A DNA stretch of 64,000 bases from the human T2T-CHM13v2.0 reference genome, Homo sapiens: NCBI RefSeq assembly GCF_009914755.1, contig NC_060926.1; one strand, written 5' to 3'. Positions 30,469 through 44,536 of this stretch are shown here, piece by piece. Each line of letters starts with the position of its first letter. Position 1 is the first letter of the stretch. The notes beneath the pieces were generated by a model that saw only the letters and a program-made list of their open reading frames with translations, did not search any database and was not told the DNA's origin. The position numbers and the translations under genes are program-made.

Positions 30469-30762
30469 TGGCCAGGCATAGTGGCTCACACCTATAATCC
30501 CAGCACTTTTGGAGGCCAAGGCAGGAGGATTGACTGGGGCCAAGAGTCTGAGAGCAGCCCAGGCAAAATAGCAAGACCCTGTCTCTTAAAAAAAATAATT
30601 TTTTAATTGGCTGGTGGCATGTGCCTGTACTCCTAGCTACTCAAGAGACTGAGACCAGGATCACTTGAGCCCAGGAAGTAGAGGCTGCAGTGAGCCATGA
30701 TCATGCCACTGAACTTTAGCCTGAGCAACAGAGCAAGACCTGCCTCAAAAAAAAAAAAAAAG
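30469..30762 (+). mobile_element. AluJ
   Basis: Diverged dimer. Confidence 0.88.
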
Positions 30763-30813
30763 AAAGGATTCGTTGCTGGATTCCTTTATATAACTGGCTC
30801 CCTCATTGCAACT

Positions 30814-31918
30814 TGTTGTGGGAAGTCAGGGGCCCTGAACGGAGGGACCGGCTGAAGCCATGGCAGAAGAATGTGGATTGTGAAGATTTCATGGACATTT
30901 ATTAGTTCCCCAAATTAATACTTTAATAATTTCTTATGCCTGTCTTTACTGCAATCTCTGACCATAAATTGTGAAGATTTCATGGACACTTATCACTTCC
31001 CCAATCAATACCCTTGTGATTTCCTATGCCTGTTTTTACTTTAATCTCTTAATTCCATCATCTTCGTAAGCTGAGGAGGATGTATGCCGCCTCAGGACCC
31101 TGTGATGATTGCGTTAACTGCACAAATTGTTTGTAGAGCATGTGTGTTTGAACAATATGAAATCTGGGCACCTTGAAAAAAGAACAGGATAACAGCAATG
31201 TTCAGGGAACAAGAGAGATAACCTTAAACTCTGACCGCCAGTGAGCCAGATGGAACAGAGCCATATTCCTCTTCTTTCAAAAGCAAATGGGAGAAATACC
31301 GCTGAATTCTTTTTCTCAGCAAGGAACATCCCTGAGAAAGAGAATGCGTCCCTGAGGGTAGGCCTCTAAAATGGCCGCTTCAGGGGGCAGCCGTCTTTTA
31401 TGGTAGAAGCAGTAGGGATAAAATAAGCCCCAGTCTCCCGTAGCACTCCCAGGCTTATTAGGACGAGGAAATTCCTGCCTAATAAATTTTGGTCAGACTG
31501 GTTGTCTGCTCTTAAACCCTGTCTCCTGATAAGATGTTATCAATGACAATGTGTGCCCGAAACTTCATTAGCAATTTTAATTTCACCCTGGTCCTGTGAT
31601 CTTACCCTGCCTCCATTTGCCTTGTGATATTCTATTACCTTGTGCAGCACGTGATGTCTGTGACCCACACCCTATTCATACACTCCCTCCCCTTTTGAAA
31701 ATCACTAATAAAAACCTGCTGGTTTTACAGCTCAGGGGGCATCACGGAAGCTGCCGACATGTGATGTCTCCCCCGGACACCCAGCTTTAACATTTCTCTC
31801 TTTTGTACTCTGTCCCTTTATTTCTCAGACTGGCCGACACTTAGGGAAGATAGAAAAGAACCTACGTGAAATATCGGGGGTGAATTTTACCCAATGTCTG
31901 GCTGAATTTCCCCCGATA
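30814..31918 (+). mobile_element. MER11 solo LTR (ERVK/HERV-K11)
   Basis: TGTTGTGGGAAGTCAGGG...CCCCGATA. Perfect 6-bp TSD GCAACT, typical of ERVK. Confidence 0.92.
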
Positions 31919-32764
31919 GCAACTGAAATAAGATTAGATTTAGAAAATCCCTATTTTCTTCTACTTTCTGAATCAGGACACAGTTTTTAACCAATCAATT
32001 TGTGCTTTTATACCAAGAACATCATTTTATTCATTTATAGATTCATGCATTTTATTTTAAGGTGCCTACCCTCACAGAATTTCCATCTTGGGTAGACATG
32101 AATAACTTAAAAACATGGGTAGACATGAATCAATTACTCTACTGAAGCTACTAAAATCAAGCTAATATGAAGTACCAGGGGTACCAGTATTGAACAATAA
32201 GAAAAAAAAATGTAAAAGACTGAAATTCAGTGAGTGTTTTGGCTAGCTTGTCCATTTGTCTGTCATTGACTAGGCCATGCTACAACTCAGTAGAGAGAAA
32301 AGTTGTAGAAAACTGATAATAATACAAATAATTCCTGTCCATAGAAATGCAAATTATGTCCTGTAAAATGGAACTGATTATTTCTCAGTGGATATTCATC
32401 AGTTTTGCCAGTTTTGCATTCAATACGTGGTACTTCAACTGGCATAATATCATTATTGAGTTAAATATAATCTTTGACAAATTATCATTTTATATTTTTT
32501 TGAGAATCATGATCATATTCACTTTTTAACCTTATCCTTTAAAAATGGTCTGCTTGGTAGAGGGTTAAAATAGAAAGACAACATACATATCTGTCATCAG
32601 TAATTCTGTAATGCAACCTTGAAAAACATGGCAAAGGAGGGCTGCCTAGGGGACAACTACCATAACAAAACAGACTTGGGATCAATACAATGATTATTTC
32701 TCTATGTTACATAATAGAAATAGTCTAGAAATGTATTGTTCTCTACTATAGATAGTATGTCTCT

Positions 32765-33380
32765 CTATACATAATACATATTATATACACATATATAGTA
32801 TGTATATATATAGTATGTACATATATACACAGTATATATGGTATATACTGTATATGGTATATACAGTATATACAGTATATACAGTATATACACGGTATAT
32901 ACAGTATATATACAGTATATACACTGTATACACTGTATATACAGTGTATACACTGTATACACTGTATATACACTGTATATACAGTGTATGCACTGTATAT
33001 ACAGTATATACAGTGTATGCACTGTATATACAGTATATACAGTGTATGCACTGTATATACAGTATATACAGTGTATGCACTGTATATACAGTATATACAG
33101 TGTATGCACTGTATATACAGTATATACAGTGTATGCACTGTATATACAGTATATACAGTGTATGCACTGTATATATAGTATATACAGTGTATGCACTGTA
33201 TATATAGTATATACAGTATATATACTATATAACTAAAGATCTCTTATTTACTATAGTATATATACGGTATACTACCAAAGGTATTTACTATACAGTATAT
33301 ATACTGTATACTACTAAATATATCTTATTTACTATACAGTATACTGTATACTACTAAAAATGTCTTATTTACTATATGAT
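32765..33380. repeat. AT-rich minisatellite with 8 copies of a 29-bp unit (CAGTATATACAGTGTATGCACTGTATATA)
   Basis: GTATGCAC cores at 32986, 33015, 33044, 33073, 33102, 33131, 33160 and 33189. Confidence 0.95.
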
Positions 33381-33679
33381 ATAGAGACACATATAAAGTA
33401 TACAGCATTCAGTATATACAAACACATGTGTGCGTATGTATATAATAGACAATATAGAAAATAACTGTGCCAATATTTAAATGGGAGATAATTTATATTA
33501 TTTAGAATATGAATCCAGTAAATAACATGAATCCTAGACTAACTCTGGCATTTTAACTCTTCATCTAGTTGTAAACTATTTTAATACAATGAAAGCACAA
33601 TTCATAATTTGGCATTAAGAGTTTATTTCCTTTTTACAGGCACACAGTTAAGTAATTTTATTTTTTCAATTAGACACAG

Positions 33680-34530
33680 TATAGAGACAGGACAAACCAA
33701 AGTGTTTTTCCTACCCTCACACACCACTCAACACATTTCTCATACCAGATGTACGTGCATTTCTCTGCACACTATAAGCAATCCTCTAGCAGATACCAAA
33801 TGCGTTGTCCTATAATTTAAGTCAATTCTGACATTATCTACCTAGAGATAACATCGGATCCCACAGGTAACGACTCAGTCCCACAAGACTGTCCCCCACC
33901 CCCCACTTCTGATGTCAATCACAAACCCCATGTTGTGACCTGCGCATCTGACCAACTGGCTATATATCAGGGTTCCCATGAACCCCTTTTTGGGTTCAAT
34001 TAATTTGCTAGTGTGGCTCCCAGAACTCAGAGAAACACTTTACTTATACCTATCCATTTATTATAAAGGTTACTACAAAGGATACAGATGAACAGCCAGA
34101 TGGAAGAAATGCATAAGGCAAGGCATGTGGGAAGGGGCACAGAGTGCCATGTCCTCTTTGGGCATGCCACTCTGCAGGCACCGCCAGCTGTTCAACTATC
34201 CAGAAGCTCTCTGAACCCTGTCCTTTTGGGGTTTTATGGAGGTTTCTTTATGTAGGCATGATTGATTAGATCAATAGTCATGAGAGAATCTATCCAACCT
34301 TCAGCTTCTAGAGGTTGTGGGGTTCAGCTGAAAGAGCCAACCCTCTAATCACAGTTGGCTCCTCTGGCAACCAGCCCCCCAATCCTGAGGCTATCCAGGA
34401 CTCTCCAGCTACCAGTCATCTCACTAGCATACAAAAAACACTTATCACTTTAGAGATTCCAAGGGTTTGGGTTGTTGTGTGCCAGGAACCAGGGGCAGAG
34501 ACCAAATATATACTTCTAATTATATCATAA
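33680..34530. mobile_element. MER21-like LTR
   Basis: Homologous to 24104-24935 in the same orientation. Confidence 0.75.
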
Positions 34531-36986
34531 ATGATATATAAATATCCATCATTAACAGGTTTCTCACAGGCAACTTAATAATAAAATCAGATTTTCATAG
34601 CCAGAAAAGACCATGTTCTTTTGAAGTCTTCACTATAAGGTAGTTCCACAATGCAGTTTCAAACATTCTGAATGTAATTTCAAATAACAGTAATAAAAAT
34701 GCTTTTTAAAGATCCCTTTGCAATCAAGAAGTTCTAGTCAATATGGTAACTTAATTCATTTTAGATGCATATTTCAACTTTTTATATTTAATCTGACCTA
34801 AAGTGTAATTTCCAAAGTGATATTTCCTGAAGCCAAAACCCAGACTTCATGTCTCTAGAGTAATCTTGCCTTATATTAGTAAGTCTATATCCCTTCCCAA
34901 AGTAGTTCTGGCTGGCCTGGGCTTGTTGTAAATAATTGGTTCAGTCAGACAGCTTTTTAACTGTCAACACCCTTAACAATTCACACAATGTACATGGAAA
35001 GTATTGTACCTTAAATTAAAGATATGTTTCCTCTAAATAAAGTTTATTGTTTGGGAGAGTTTGCTGAATGGAAATGAAGCAGCTTTATGTTCTCTAGAAA
35101 AGAAGTGAAAAGGCATCTCATCTCATTTTTCCCTTCCTTTATCCCATTTCAAGCATGACCCAGAAATTAAATATTTTATGTAGACAGAAAAAGTAACATA
35201 TCATTAAAGGATGCAAACCTGCAAAATCTAATAGTCATGTAAGCCTGTGAGATTGCCAAAAACTGTTCTACATTTTTAATATCTGAAAATAATCAAATAA
35301 TTTTATGTCAAATACAAATTTTCCAAGCTCCCTGGTATATCCCCTCTAAAATTTTAAACAAATATACTTGATATGAAAAATAGCAGTTTATCCAAATATC
35401 AAATATTATACTGAATATTTGAACAGCAAACACAAACAGTCCTAATCCCAATCATAGACTATGTTGTGAAATGTTAATGTATTTAAATTTTTTAATTATA
35501 CATGGAATTAACTTAAATACTGCACTTTAAACAATTAGTTATTAATATTTCATTCATATTAAATAACAAGAACACATGAACAAGTGATACCCAACACAGG
35601 AAATCTTCAAAGGTAAATTATACATTGTGGGAAGTCTAGTTTTGGCTTCAGGAAAATGTTAACTGCAAACAATCTACACAGATGTTCACAGAAATACTGA
35701 ATAGCTCTTTTAAGGAAATACTAAATGATGCGGTAATAACAGAAAAGTTAAAAAAATACACTGTGTTATATTTATATCTCTTAATCAGGCCAAATTAATA
35801 AGGCAGACTCAATTAACAGTCATGGTTTCATAACAATTTTAGTGAATAATACAAGGTATCAAATTACTGGAAATCCTTGTCCCAGTTTTATACCAATTTT
35901 CAGCATTATCATTATTTAAAATAAATTTAAATAAATCTCACCATATTAGTATCCCGAAAATAACTCAAAAAGTAAACCACTTAGCTTATATTACCTACAG
36001 ACAGCGCACAGCTCTGAGTAGGACTCTGTCTTTAGGATGAAGAACAGGATGCAAATCCATATTGCCAATTATATCTATAGTAGCAACTTATGAAAACTGC
36101 ACTTTCCACCAACCCTACCACAAGGGGAGCCACAAGATATTCCATGAAAAGAAATATGTGTTCTAAACATCATGATTCCTCTCCAACTGTGCCCTCACCT
36201 GAGTGGACTGGGAATGGGCACCTGACATAGCCTGGAGGTTGGTAAGTAAAACGGGAAACTTAGGAGGGGAAGCTCTGCCAAAACAACAGCAGCGATGAAC
36301 TCCCAGGCCAATCTACCTCTGTCTCTCTAAGGAACTATGGACACCCAGATAATTAAGAGCAAGAAGAAAAGCAGAAAGATTTTAAAAATTAAGTTAGGTT
36401 ATTGATAAAACACTAGAATTAAGATCTGTGGACTGCCGAAGCTAGGACAGGTAACACAGAACCCATAACATTTTGAGATTCTAGAATGGCCTATCGATTC
36501 TATTCTCCATGAGATTCACTTATTCTTAATGAGGCTCAAATAATGGCCCTATTTGTTCCTATTTAGGAGAGGAGAGAATAGGATTGGAATCTCACAGTTT
36601 GGCTTTCCCTGGGTTCCCCTGAGGTCTTCCTAAGTGGCCAAGATTTGTCTCTTATTATCATGCATATCCTTACACTATAGCATCCTATGACAAAGCATCT
36701 GAGGTGGTCTCTGTTCCTTACGTTCTCCAGAAAATAATTGAAAGGGCATCTTATATCACTTTTCACTAAAAGTGCTAAATAGAAGATCATGTGTGCTCTA
36801 AACATAAGTCTTCTCCAACAGTGCCCCACACATAAACCTGAATGGACTAGGAATGGGCACCTCACACAGTCTGGAGGCCAGTAAATAAGTGTTAAATAAA
36901 AGATGCTAAATCAAAGATCATCTGTCTTGATGTTTAGCTCATTTCCTCTTATTAAGTCATGCCAAATTAGAAAAAAGTCATCAACT

Positions 36987-37295
36987 GGTTGGGCACAGTG
37001 GTTCATGCCTGTAATCACAGCACTTCGGGAGGCCAAGGTGGGTGGATCACTGGAGGTCAGGAGTTTGAGACCAGCCTGGCCAACATGGTGAAACTCTATC
37101 TCTACTAAAAGTACAAAACATAGCTGGGTGTGGTGGCACACACCTGTAGTCCCAGCTACTCAGGAGGCTGAGGCAGGAGAATCACTTGAACCCAGGAGGC
37201 AGAGGTTGTGGTGAGTCAACATCACTCCATTGCACTCCAGCCTGGGCAACAGAGCTAGACTCCATCTCAAACAAAAAGAAAAAGAAAAAGAAAAA
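36987..37295 (+). mobile_element. AluS
   Basis: Full dimer. Confidence 0.92.
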
Positions 37296-37451
37296 ATCAT
37301 CAACAATCACTTAAAGAAAAACAAAGCCTTTCGTACTGATGCAATCCACTGAATAAAATGAGAAGTCATGAATCCAAATGGAGTAGATAGATTAGATAGG
37401 TAGGTAGGCAGGTAGGTAGATACACAGATAGACAGACAGACAGACAAGATA

Positions 37452-37805
37452 GATAATGCTAGTTTGGATGTCTACACCAAATCTCATGTTGAAATTTGAT
37501 GCTATTGTAATAGTATTAAAAGGTGGGGACTTTAAGAGGTGATTAGGTCATGAGGGTTCTGTCCTCATAAACTGGTTAATGTTGCTATCAGGAGAATGGG
37601 TTAATTATTGTGGGAGCGGGCTCCTGATATGTTCAGCCCCCTTCCTCTCTGTCTCTCACACTTGCTTGCCATGTGGTGACTTCTGCCATGAGATGACCCT
37701 CACCAGAAGCCAATGCCACACTCTTGGACTTCCAAGCCTCCAGGACTATGAGCCAAATAAAATTCTATTCTTTATAAATCACTCAGTCTATAGTATTTGT
37801 TATAT
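37452..37805 (+). mobile_element. MaLR LTR (MST-like), preceded by (TAGA/CAGA)n
   Basis: CCAAATCTCATGTTGAAATTTG and TTTATAAATCACTCAGTC. Confidence 0.78.
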
Positions 37806-37814
37806 GTAGGAGCA

Positions 37815-40800
37815 GCAAACAAAGGCAGATGAGAAGGAAAAACTCAAACTTACAGTAGAATGCCATTTACTAAGTGGTGAAAAAATGACAGACTTTGAAA
37901 ATCATTTTACAACCATAGTAATAATTGATTCAGGCAAAAATAATCAATAAGTGCTAAAACTATGAGTAAAAGTTTGGTGAGAAACAGGATATTAATGTAG
38001 TCTCAACGTATGTCCCCACTGATTATTAATTATAGGGGGAAGAAATAGTAATTTTATAGTAAAGAAATCTGGTGAATACCTTAACCAAATGATTAAAATC
38101 AACATCATAAATAATAAGACATACTGATTTAATGCTCTGATAAGGCCACAACATCACCTATGTAATCTTCCTCCCAAAAATGCAAGCCTGAATTTAACCA
38201 CAAAAAAACATCAAGCAAACCCAAATTGAGGGATGGTCTCCAAAAAACTAGCCTATACTCTTCAGAAATGTCAATGTCATGAAAGACAAAGAGGGCCAAT
38301 AAACTGTTCCAGATTACAGGAGATTAAAGAGATATGACATCTAAATTAAATGCACAATCCTGTATGAGGGGAAAAACATTATGAGACATTACTGAGACAA
38401 CTGGCAGCGTGTCAACAGGAGAGTATATTAGATACTTGTACACATCAATGTTAAGTTTCTTAACTGTATAATGGTTAAGCAAAAGAATGCCTTGTTCTTG
38501 GAATATATTCACTGAAGAATATAGGAATATAAAAGGACACATTGTCTGCAAGTTACTCTCGAATGATTCAGAAAAAATCAAGGGGATAGTGTGGTGGGAA
38601 CATGTGATAAAGCAAATGTGACAACATGTTTAAAAGGTAAATCTAACTGAGGGGGCCTTAGAAGTTCTTTTTACTATTCTTACAATTCTTCAGTAAATTT
38701 GAAATTATTTCAAAATAAAAGACTAAAAAAAATAGCTGAGCTTGTAAGAGAGAGCACTTCTCTTCACCAAAAAGTAGGAACTAAAAACCAACGTAGAAGG
38801 CATACAAAGCTGTCTTAGAGCTTAGTTCCATAAGACATATTTCCATATGTCTTTGTGTGAGAGAATGTACAGTGCAAGGAAGGGGAAACCAGGAGTAGCC
38901 CGGCAAACTTGAGTTGAGCAGACAGAACTGAAAAACTGGAGAAGACAAGGTAGTTAGTTCCCTGGAGAGGGAGAATCATACAGAGAGAACTCCAGAGAAT
39001 TTCAGAGGGTTCCGCTTGAGAATTCAGCTGAGTACTCACAGCACATGCATATGATCAAACCATGAGGCTGGAGAAAGAGCAACTAGAAATGATTACAGAT
39101 AACAGTGCTTGGCACTCATATCGGGCTGGGAATAGTGCCTGTTCTCACCAGCCCGACAGAAAAACTTTGTGATTCACAGTCATTGGGTAGAGTACACAGA
39201 AAAGTCTTGGCTCAGGAGTAGGAAATTATTACCCCTAGTAGCTGAGCAATACTCAGATCCTGACTAATATTTAATAAATCTTAAAAGCAAGTTTTGAAAG
39301 AATTAAACTAATTTCAAATAATTTAATTGCATCACAGAATAAAGCTCAAAGTTATTTATAGAAAGATAAAAATCATTCAGGCTGGGCATGGTGGCTCAGG
39401 CCTATAATCCCAGCACTTTGGGAGGCTGAGACGGGTGGATCGTTTGAGTCCTAGAGTTTGAGACCAGCCCTGGAAACATGGCAAAACCCTGTATCTGCAA
39501 AAAACTACAAGAAATTAGCCAGGTATGGTGGTGCACACCTGTAGTCCCAGCTATTTGAGAGCTGAGGATGGAGGATTGCTTGAGCCTAGGAGGTTGAGGC
39601 TGCACTGGCCACTAGCTCTAGCCTGGGCAACAGAGCAAAACCCTATCTTAAAAAAAAAAAAAAAGAAATGTAATATTCGCAATCTGACATTTAATAAAAA
39701 AAATTACCAGACTTCCAAAGAAGCATAAAAATATGGCCCATAATGGAAATAAAAATTAACTAAAACCAACCCAGGACTGGCAGACATGTTATAACCTGGA
39801 GACTAGAATATTAAAACAATGATTATAACTGTATTCCACATGTTAAACAAATGTAGTAGACATGAAAGATATTTTTTAAAAGACCCAAATCCAACTTCTA
39901 CACATAAAAACAATATGTGAAATAAAAAATATACTGGATAGAATGAATAGCATATTAGACATTGCAAAATAAAAAACTGGTGTCCTTGAAAACCTAGCAA
40001 CAGAAACTTTACAAAATGAAACCTAGAAAGAAAAGATAATTTTAAAAATAAACAGAGCATCAATGAGCCGTGAGACAACTTCAATCAGCTCAAAATACAT
40101 ATAACTGTCATCCCCAAAACAGTGCAAGAATCGAAGAGCACACAGAAAAAAGTATTTCAAGAAACAAGGTCAAAATTTCCCCAAATTCATTGAAAACTAT
40201 AAACCTATGGATCCAAGAAGCTCCATGAACCCCAAGCACAAGAAACATAAAAAAGACTACACTTGCAAGGCACATCATAATGAAATTACTCAAAACCAGT
40301 AATAAAGAGAAAAATGTTAAAAGCAGCCAGAGAAAAACAGACACTTAAGTACAAATACAGAAAGATAAAGATGATAGTAGATTTTTAATCAGAAACAAGG
40401 CAAATGAAAAAAAACAGTGGATCAAGATCTTCAAAGTACTGAAAGAAAAAACTATCAATCTAGAACTCTATATCCGGTGAAAATATCTTTCAAACAAACA
40501 TTTTTCCACACATACAAAAGCTGAGAGAATTTTTCAGTAGCCAATCCTAACCACAAGAAACATTTTTAAAAAGGAACTACATTAGACAGAAGAAAAATCA
40601 TACTATATTAGAAATACAGATCTATAAAAAGAAATTAAAAGACTGAAAATAGTAACCATATTGATGAATATTTAAGATATTTTCTCACTAAATCTCTTTT
40701 AAAAATAATTGACTAAGCAAAAATAACGATGATGTTGTATGGGGCTCATAACATGTAAAAGTAAAGTGGTCAGGAAAGGAGAAATGGAAGTAAATTATTG

Positions 40801-41040
40801 GCAGGTTTTTATACATGAAATGGTATAATATCACTTGAAAATACACTATGATAAAGGATGTATGCTATAAACCCTACAACAGTCACTAAAATAAAGTTAC
40901 TGTCAATAAGCCAATAAAGGAGATAAAATGGAATTGTAAAAAATTTCAATTCATCAAAAAGAAGGAAGAAAAGAAGAGAGAACAGAGAACAAATGGGACA
41001 AATTGAAGACAAATAGCAAGACGTCATTTAAATTTAACCT
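37815..41040 (+). mobile_element. Old L1M fragments (3'UTR about 37815-38720; 5'/ORF1 region about 38750-41040) with an AluJ at 39380-39665
   Basis: Degenerate ORF1-like sequence (AGGCACATCATAATGAAATTACTCAAAACC). Confidence 0.7.
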
Positions 41041-41056
41041 TGAAATTTTGAAAACC

Positions 41057-41388
<332 letters not shown>

Positions 41389-41487
41389 CTAGTGTCATGA
41401 GTGACTGTATTCTCTCTCAAATTTGTTGTTCAATAATAAAAGATAAAGTTCTAAGTCACCATGTTTCATATAAAATAGGATACATAT

Positions 41488-41835
41488 GAGTGGTCAGTGC
41501 CTGTAGTCCCAGCTACCTGGGAGCCTGAGGCAGGAGGATCATTCAAGCCCAGGCGTTCTAGACCAGCCTCAGCAACCTAGCGAGACCACATCTCAAAGAA
41601 GAATAAGAAAAAAAAAGAGTGGCCAGAGATATATGTATGTCTTAAACTAAAACAAAAAATAAAACCAGGCTATGTGCAGTGGTTCATGCCTATAATACCA
41701 GCGCTTTGGGTGGCCAAGGCAGGAGGATCACTTGAGCCCAGGAAATCGCGGCTACAGTGATATGATCATACCACTGCACTCCAGCCTGGGAAACAGAGTG
41801 AGATGGCCTCAAAATAAATAAATGAATGAATAAAT
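41488..41835 (+). mobile_element. Two Alu monomers (FLAM-like and FRAM-like)
   Basis: Single-arm Alu sequences at about 41488-41615 and 41668-41835. Confidence 0.8.
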
Positions 41836-43487
41836 ACCCACATACTAACACAGCTTAAAAAGAAGTAGATCACTAATATTTTGAAGACCCCAGTACCCCG
41901 TCTCCTACTCTCCTCCCCAAGCAACCACTATCCTGAATTCTGATTAATCATTCCTCTGCTCTTATTTATGGTTTTACCAGATGGGTTTGAAATCGTGAAC
42001 AACAGTATTTGTTGCAAATTTTTAATTTTTATAAAAATTAAATCATAATGTATATATTATTATATGGTTTGCTTTTTTCAATTAACATTGTATTTTTGAT
42101 GCTCATCCATGTTGGTGTGTAGCTATATTCATTTTCAATGAATCCAATGAAAATGAATTCATTTTCAATCAATCCAATGGATTTCAATGAATCCATGTTG
42201 GTGTGTAGCTATGTTCTATTCATTTTCAATATATTTTTACATTTTCCTATTGATGGCCATATGGGTAATTTCTAGAGCTGTGCTCTTAGAAACAGTGCTT
42301 ATGAACATCTTGTACATCTCTTGATTTAAATGGGTATGTAAAGGAATGGAATTGCTACATTACGTTTCCAGATATAATGATCACTCTGTGTTATTAGCCT
42401 CATTTTATTAATAAATGAAGATTTATAGAGACCAGGAAACTTGTTCAAGGTCACACAGCTAGGTAGTAAAGTTAAGACCAATAAATTCTGCTCCTTTCAC
42501 TTGAAAAAAACTCAAGGTTAGGTAGCTCATACTTCTGGAAACATGTAATTATCAAACAGAATCCTGATGAATAATGTTTTATCTTGTTTAACTAAAGTTA
42601 AAAGAGGAGGTCCTAGCAAATTATTCCACTCAATTCTACCACTTGACCACTCAAAGCAACTTGACTACATAATGATCATGATTAAAACTTTTATCCTATT
42701 AAAATATCCTGTATTTCACCATTCCTGAAAATTCCAGTCAAATGTTATAGTTTAAAATGTGTACAAATTGTGTATGTATAAAATTGTAAGACATAGTAAT
42801 AAAGTGGTTCTCATTGAGACTACAGTTTTAAATTAAATTACAAGCACTTTTATTTTTGCCATAACTAAATTTGGAATTACTACGTTTAAGATTCACTAAA
42901 GTGAATGTAATAATTATTTTTAAAATACTACATATTCATTTTAAGAAATTACTTGAGAATACTTTCAAAAATGTCCTGCATGTCACTTAAGCCAACAAAT
43001 AATTTCCAAGATACCTAGCATTACACTTAAATTTTAAAAAGGGTAAAAAGCCAAAGTTTTTTTTTTCAGCTAAGGTCAACTATTTAGCTCTGCAATCTTT
43101 CCTTTAAAAAATATTTGTAATAATTTGGTCTCTGATTTATTTCACAAGTCTTAACCTTGCTTTATAAATAATCCTATTTTCAATCACACTCCATTATCTA
43201 ACATGGCTGTTTACTAAATACATGATCCTATGGTAAAGTACATATTTCTAAAAATGTAGCTACTTAGACAGACAGCAATGTAAAGGCATCTTTACATTAT
43301 AGTACTCTCTAAATATTACATTGTTACTTTCAACAAAAAGGAACCAGATTATAACAAAATTGTTATAAAATAGCTTAAAAGTGTAATAGAACTTCATTAA
43401 AGAAAACATTAAGATGAATGAGTTTTAACTAGATCTATAACAATTTTATATATGCTAGAGATAAAATTAATATGAGGTTAAATAATT

Positions 43488-43783
43488 TTCTTTTTTTTTT
43501 TTTTTTTTGAGACAGGATCTCCCTTTGTCGCCCAGGCTGGGGTGCAGTGATGCCAGTGCAACTTCTGCTTACTGGGCTCAAGCAACCCTCCCACCTCAGC
43601 CTCTTGAGGAGCTGGGACTACAGGTGCACAACACCACACTCAGCTAATTTTTTAAAAATTTTTTGTAGAGACAAGGTCTCAGTATATTGCCCAGGCTGGT
43701 CTCAAACTCTTCGACTCAAGCAGTCCTCCGGCCTTAGCCTCTCAAAGTGCTGAGATTACAAGTGTGAGCCACCACGCCTAGCT
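43488..43783 (-). mobile_element. AluJ
   Basis: TSD GGTTAAATAATT. Confidence 0.9.
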
Positions 43784-44536
43784 GTGGTTAAATAATTGTA
43801 TACTATAAAAAAGCATAAGATCTTGTGAGTTCCAAAGTGCCTTGGGTATCAAGAGCCAACATTCTATTTCAGAGATTTGAAACTTAATGATCCTTTAATA
43901 TCTTTGCTGGATGTTGTTAGAATGGTATTTCAAACATTTTCTACAATTTGAATTAAATATTACCTTACTAAATAACGCGAGGCTGGGCAAAAAAAATGTT
44001 AAGCATAACTCCAAATATAGCATAACAGTTTAATGCTCTGTTTGTTGCCTTAACAAAAAATGAATGTCTGCAACACATTCACAAACCACCTGGAGATTCA
44101 AACTCACAGTGAAAGTGCAATGACATATTGTGCTACTTGACATTAGCTATTACCAAAGACGGTTCAAAAGGAAGAGAACACAGACAATCTTATTAGTATA
44201 ATTGGAAATGTGCTGATATACCCACCTTACCAAACATCTTCTCTTGCAGTGTATTATATTACCTGAGAAAAGTAACTTACAATCAGTGCTAATATGCTCC
44301 TTAACCTGATTTACAAGGGCAACTAGCAATAAACAGAACAAGGCCCGTGAACTACCACACAGGTGACTTCAATTCTGTATATCTGGACTGGATGGGAATA
44401 CGGGGGCTTACATGTTTGTGGCCTTCTTGGAGTATGGGAATGTCCTGTCCTGCTATAGGACTGCAGTGAGAATTCTGGTTATAAAAAGTCTCCCTTGTAA
44501 AATTCACTGTAAATCGAGGACAAAAATCATGAGATT

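Noticed and set aside
32089-32133. Short direct repeat TGGGTAGACATGAAT x2 (similarly AGTTCCTACAACAA x2 near 58547-58577)
   Set aside because: Ordinary micro-duplications with no associated element.
32746-33236. 128-143 aa ORFs on both strands (YTVYTV/IYCIY), with a superficially CRISPR-like periodicity
   Set aside because: These come from a stop-free palindromic minisatellite. The units abut with no unique spacers, there are no cas genes, and the DNA is human.
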